Part shown: positions 62,664 to 64,000 of the stretch, one piece after another | Layout: every line of letters begins with the position of its first letter | Position numbering within the stretch: position 1 is the stretch's first letter | Assembly: GCA_963744145.1 (NCBI GenBank) | Contig: CAVUSO010000001.1 | Location: forward strand, 3,872,001-3,936,000 | Source: an uncultured cyanobacterium | Lineage (GTDB): Bacteria; Cyanobacteriota; Cyanobacteriia; Cyanobacteriales; CAWUOF01 | Length of the DNA: 64,000 bases | Direction: 5' to 3' | Notes under the pieces: generated by a model | Database searches by the model: none | What the model was told of the DNA's origin: nothing | The model's input: only the letters and a program-made list of their open reading frames with translations | Made by a program: the position numbers and the translations under genes

Positions 62664-64000
62664 AACCGCTCGTTAAATGCCATAATTTTATTGTCTGATC
62701 TTTACTACCACTAGCGATAACTTCACCATTAGAACTAATACAGACTGCGGAAACAGAGTCTGAATGTCCACACAAAGTAGTGATTTCTTGTCCAGTTTTA
62801 ATTTGCCATAGTTTGATTGTTTTATCCCAACTACCACTTACTAAAGTTTCTCCATTAGGAGTAAAAGCTACTGCTACCACTGACCAGGAATGACCCAAAA
62901 AAGTGAAGAGCGATCGCTTACTATTTAGATCCCATAATTTAATTGTTTTATCATTACTTCCCGTCGCTAAAAATTTTCCATCGGGGCTAAAAGCAACAGT
63001 AAGAACGGGCCATAAATGTCCAGAAAAAATATAACATAATTGAGGACAAAATTCATTGTTTAAGCAAGAAGATATATCCCATAAACGTACAGTTCGATCA
63101 AAACTAGCACTTGCTAAGAAATTACCACAGGGACTAAATGCAACGGAAGTTACTTGTAATAAATGACCAGCGATCGCGACGATTTCTTTACCTGTACTTA
63201 CCTCCCACAATTTAATAGTTTTATCCCAGCTACTACTAGCTAAAATTTTACCATCAGGACTAAAAGCAACGGATTTCACTCCTTGTAAATGTCCGGAAAG
63301 AGTACATATTTCCTGATTTAACTTCCACAGTTTGATAGTTTTATCATCACTACCACTAGCTAAAATTGTCCCATCAAAATTCCAAGCAACTGTCTTGACA
63401 AAATGAGAATGTCCAGTTAAAATATAAATAACTTTGCCACTAGTTAAATCCCACAACCGAACAGTTTTGTCATCACTACCACTAGCGATCATATTACCTT
63501 CAGGATGAATTGCAACTGAATTAACATGAGCCAATAAACTTTCCGGTTCACCTAGAGTAGCAAAACATTGCCAAGGACAAGGATTTATGATATTAACTGA
63601 AGGAGATATATCCTCAGTATAGTTGAATTTGACTCCGGCTTTTTTGATAGCTTGGATGACTTCATCCGCAGATTTAAAGCGAAGACTAAGGGAATTTTGG
63701 AGCAGTTTGTCTAAAATTTGACTCAAGCGATCGCTAGGTTTATTAATTAGATAATCGCGCCAAACCCAAGTATCATTGACAACATCAAACAAATCAAAGG
63801 GAGAAATCCCCGTAAGCAAATAAATACAAGTAACACCTAAACTATAAAGATCACTAGCAAAAACTGCTTGACCTTTTGCTTGTTCCGGAGCAACATATTC
63901 CGCACTACCGATAGAAGTTACTGTTTGTAACTGGTTAATTTCTGTCCCCAATTTAGCAGCAGCGAAGTCAACTAAGATCAGATTACTTTTTTGCTCTCCC
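62653..64000 (-). CDS. Ser/Thr protein kinase with WD40 repeats (5' end beyond the window)
   Basis: LVDFAAAK at the edge, GSAEYVAPEQ, SDLYSLG, then seven GH...WD repeats. Confidence 0.93.
   Translation of the reverse strand, partial: GEQKSNLILVDFAAAKLGTEINQLQTVTSIGSAEYVAPEQAKGQAVFASDLYSLGVTCIYLLTGISPFDLFDVVNDTWVWRDYLINKPSDRLSQILDKLLQNSLSLRFKSADEVIQAIKKAGVKFNYTEDISPSVNIINPCPWQCFATLGEPESLLAHVNSVAIHPEGNMIASGSDDKTVRLWDLTSGKVIYILTGHSHFVKTVAWNFDGTILASGSDDKTIKLWKLNQEICTLSGHLQGVKSVAFSPDGKILASSSWDKTIKLWEVSTGKEIVAIAGHLLQVTSVAFSPCGNFLASASFDRTVRLWDISSCLNNEFCPQLCYIFSGHLWPVLTVAFSPDGKFLATGSNDKTIKLWDLNSKRSLFTFLGHSWSVVAVAFTPNGETLVSGSWDKTIKLWQIKTGQEITTLCGHSDSVSAVCISSNGEVIASGSKDQTIKLWHLTSGFSC

Larger units (their letters stand above)
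9040..63734. repeat. HIP1 octamer GCGATCGC, dispersed, dozens of copies
   Basis: First copy seen at 9040, last at 63727; hallmark of many cyanobacterial genomes. Confidence 0.9.

Overview
Cyanobacterial chromosome segment, judged from abundant HIP1 octamers (GCGATCGC) and genes such as ycf3, petCA, petL, nblS and nirA-nrtP-narB. Most of it is core genome: gatC, ycf3, the RHH-ycf46-ycf35 operon, pgi, nblS, purD, argF, dusB, era, aroB, hemE, petCA, rpsF, glyA and a nitrate-assimilation cluster with clear NtcB and NtcA boxes. Inserted among these are Uma2 nucleases, decayed toxin-antitoxin and defence modules, an intact IS4-family element and many small nested mobile repeats. The most striking region is an AT-rich island without HIP1 sites at the left edge (about 1-5130). 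It encodes a thiamine-diphosphate enzyme that, from recalled sequence motifs, resembles N2-(2-carboxyethyl)arginine synthase (CEAS), the first enzyme of Streptomyces clavam/clavulanate biosynthesis. Next to it are an ankyrin protein with a possible HTH N-terminus, a divergent SerA-like dehydrogenase and a recurring AAACTGAA operator-like motif. This is a candidate uncharacterised cyanobacterial natural-product system that probably continues left of the window. Single-base frameshifts in petC and in a MASE1 kinase suggest some assembly indel errors. I found no tRNA, rRNA or CRISPR array. All family calls come from motif recognition, not database searches.
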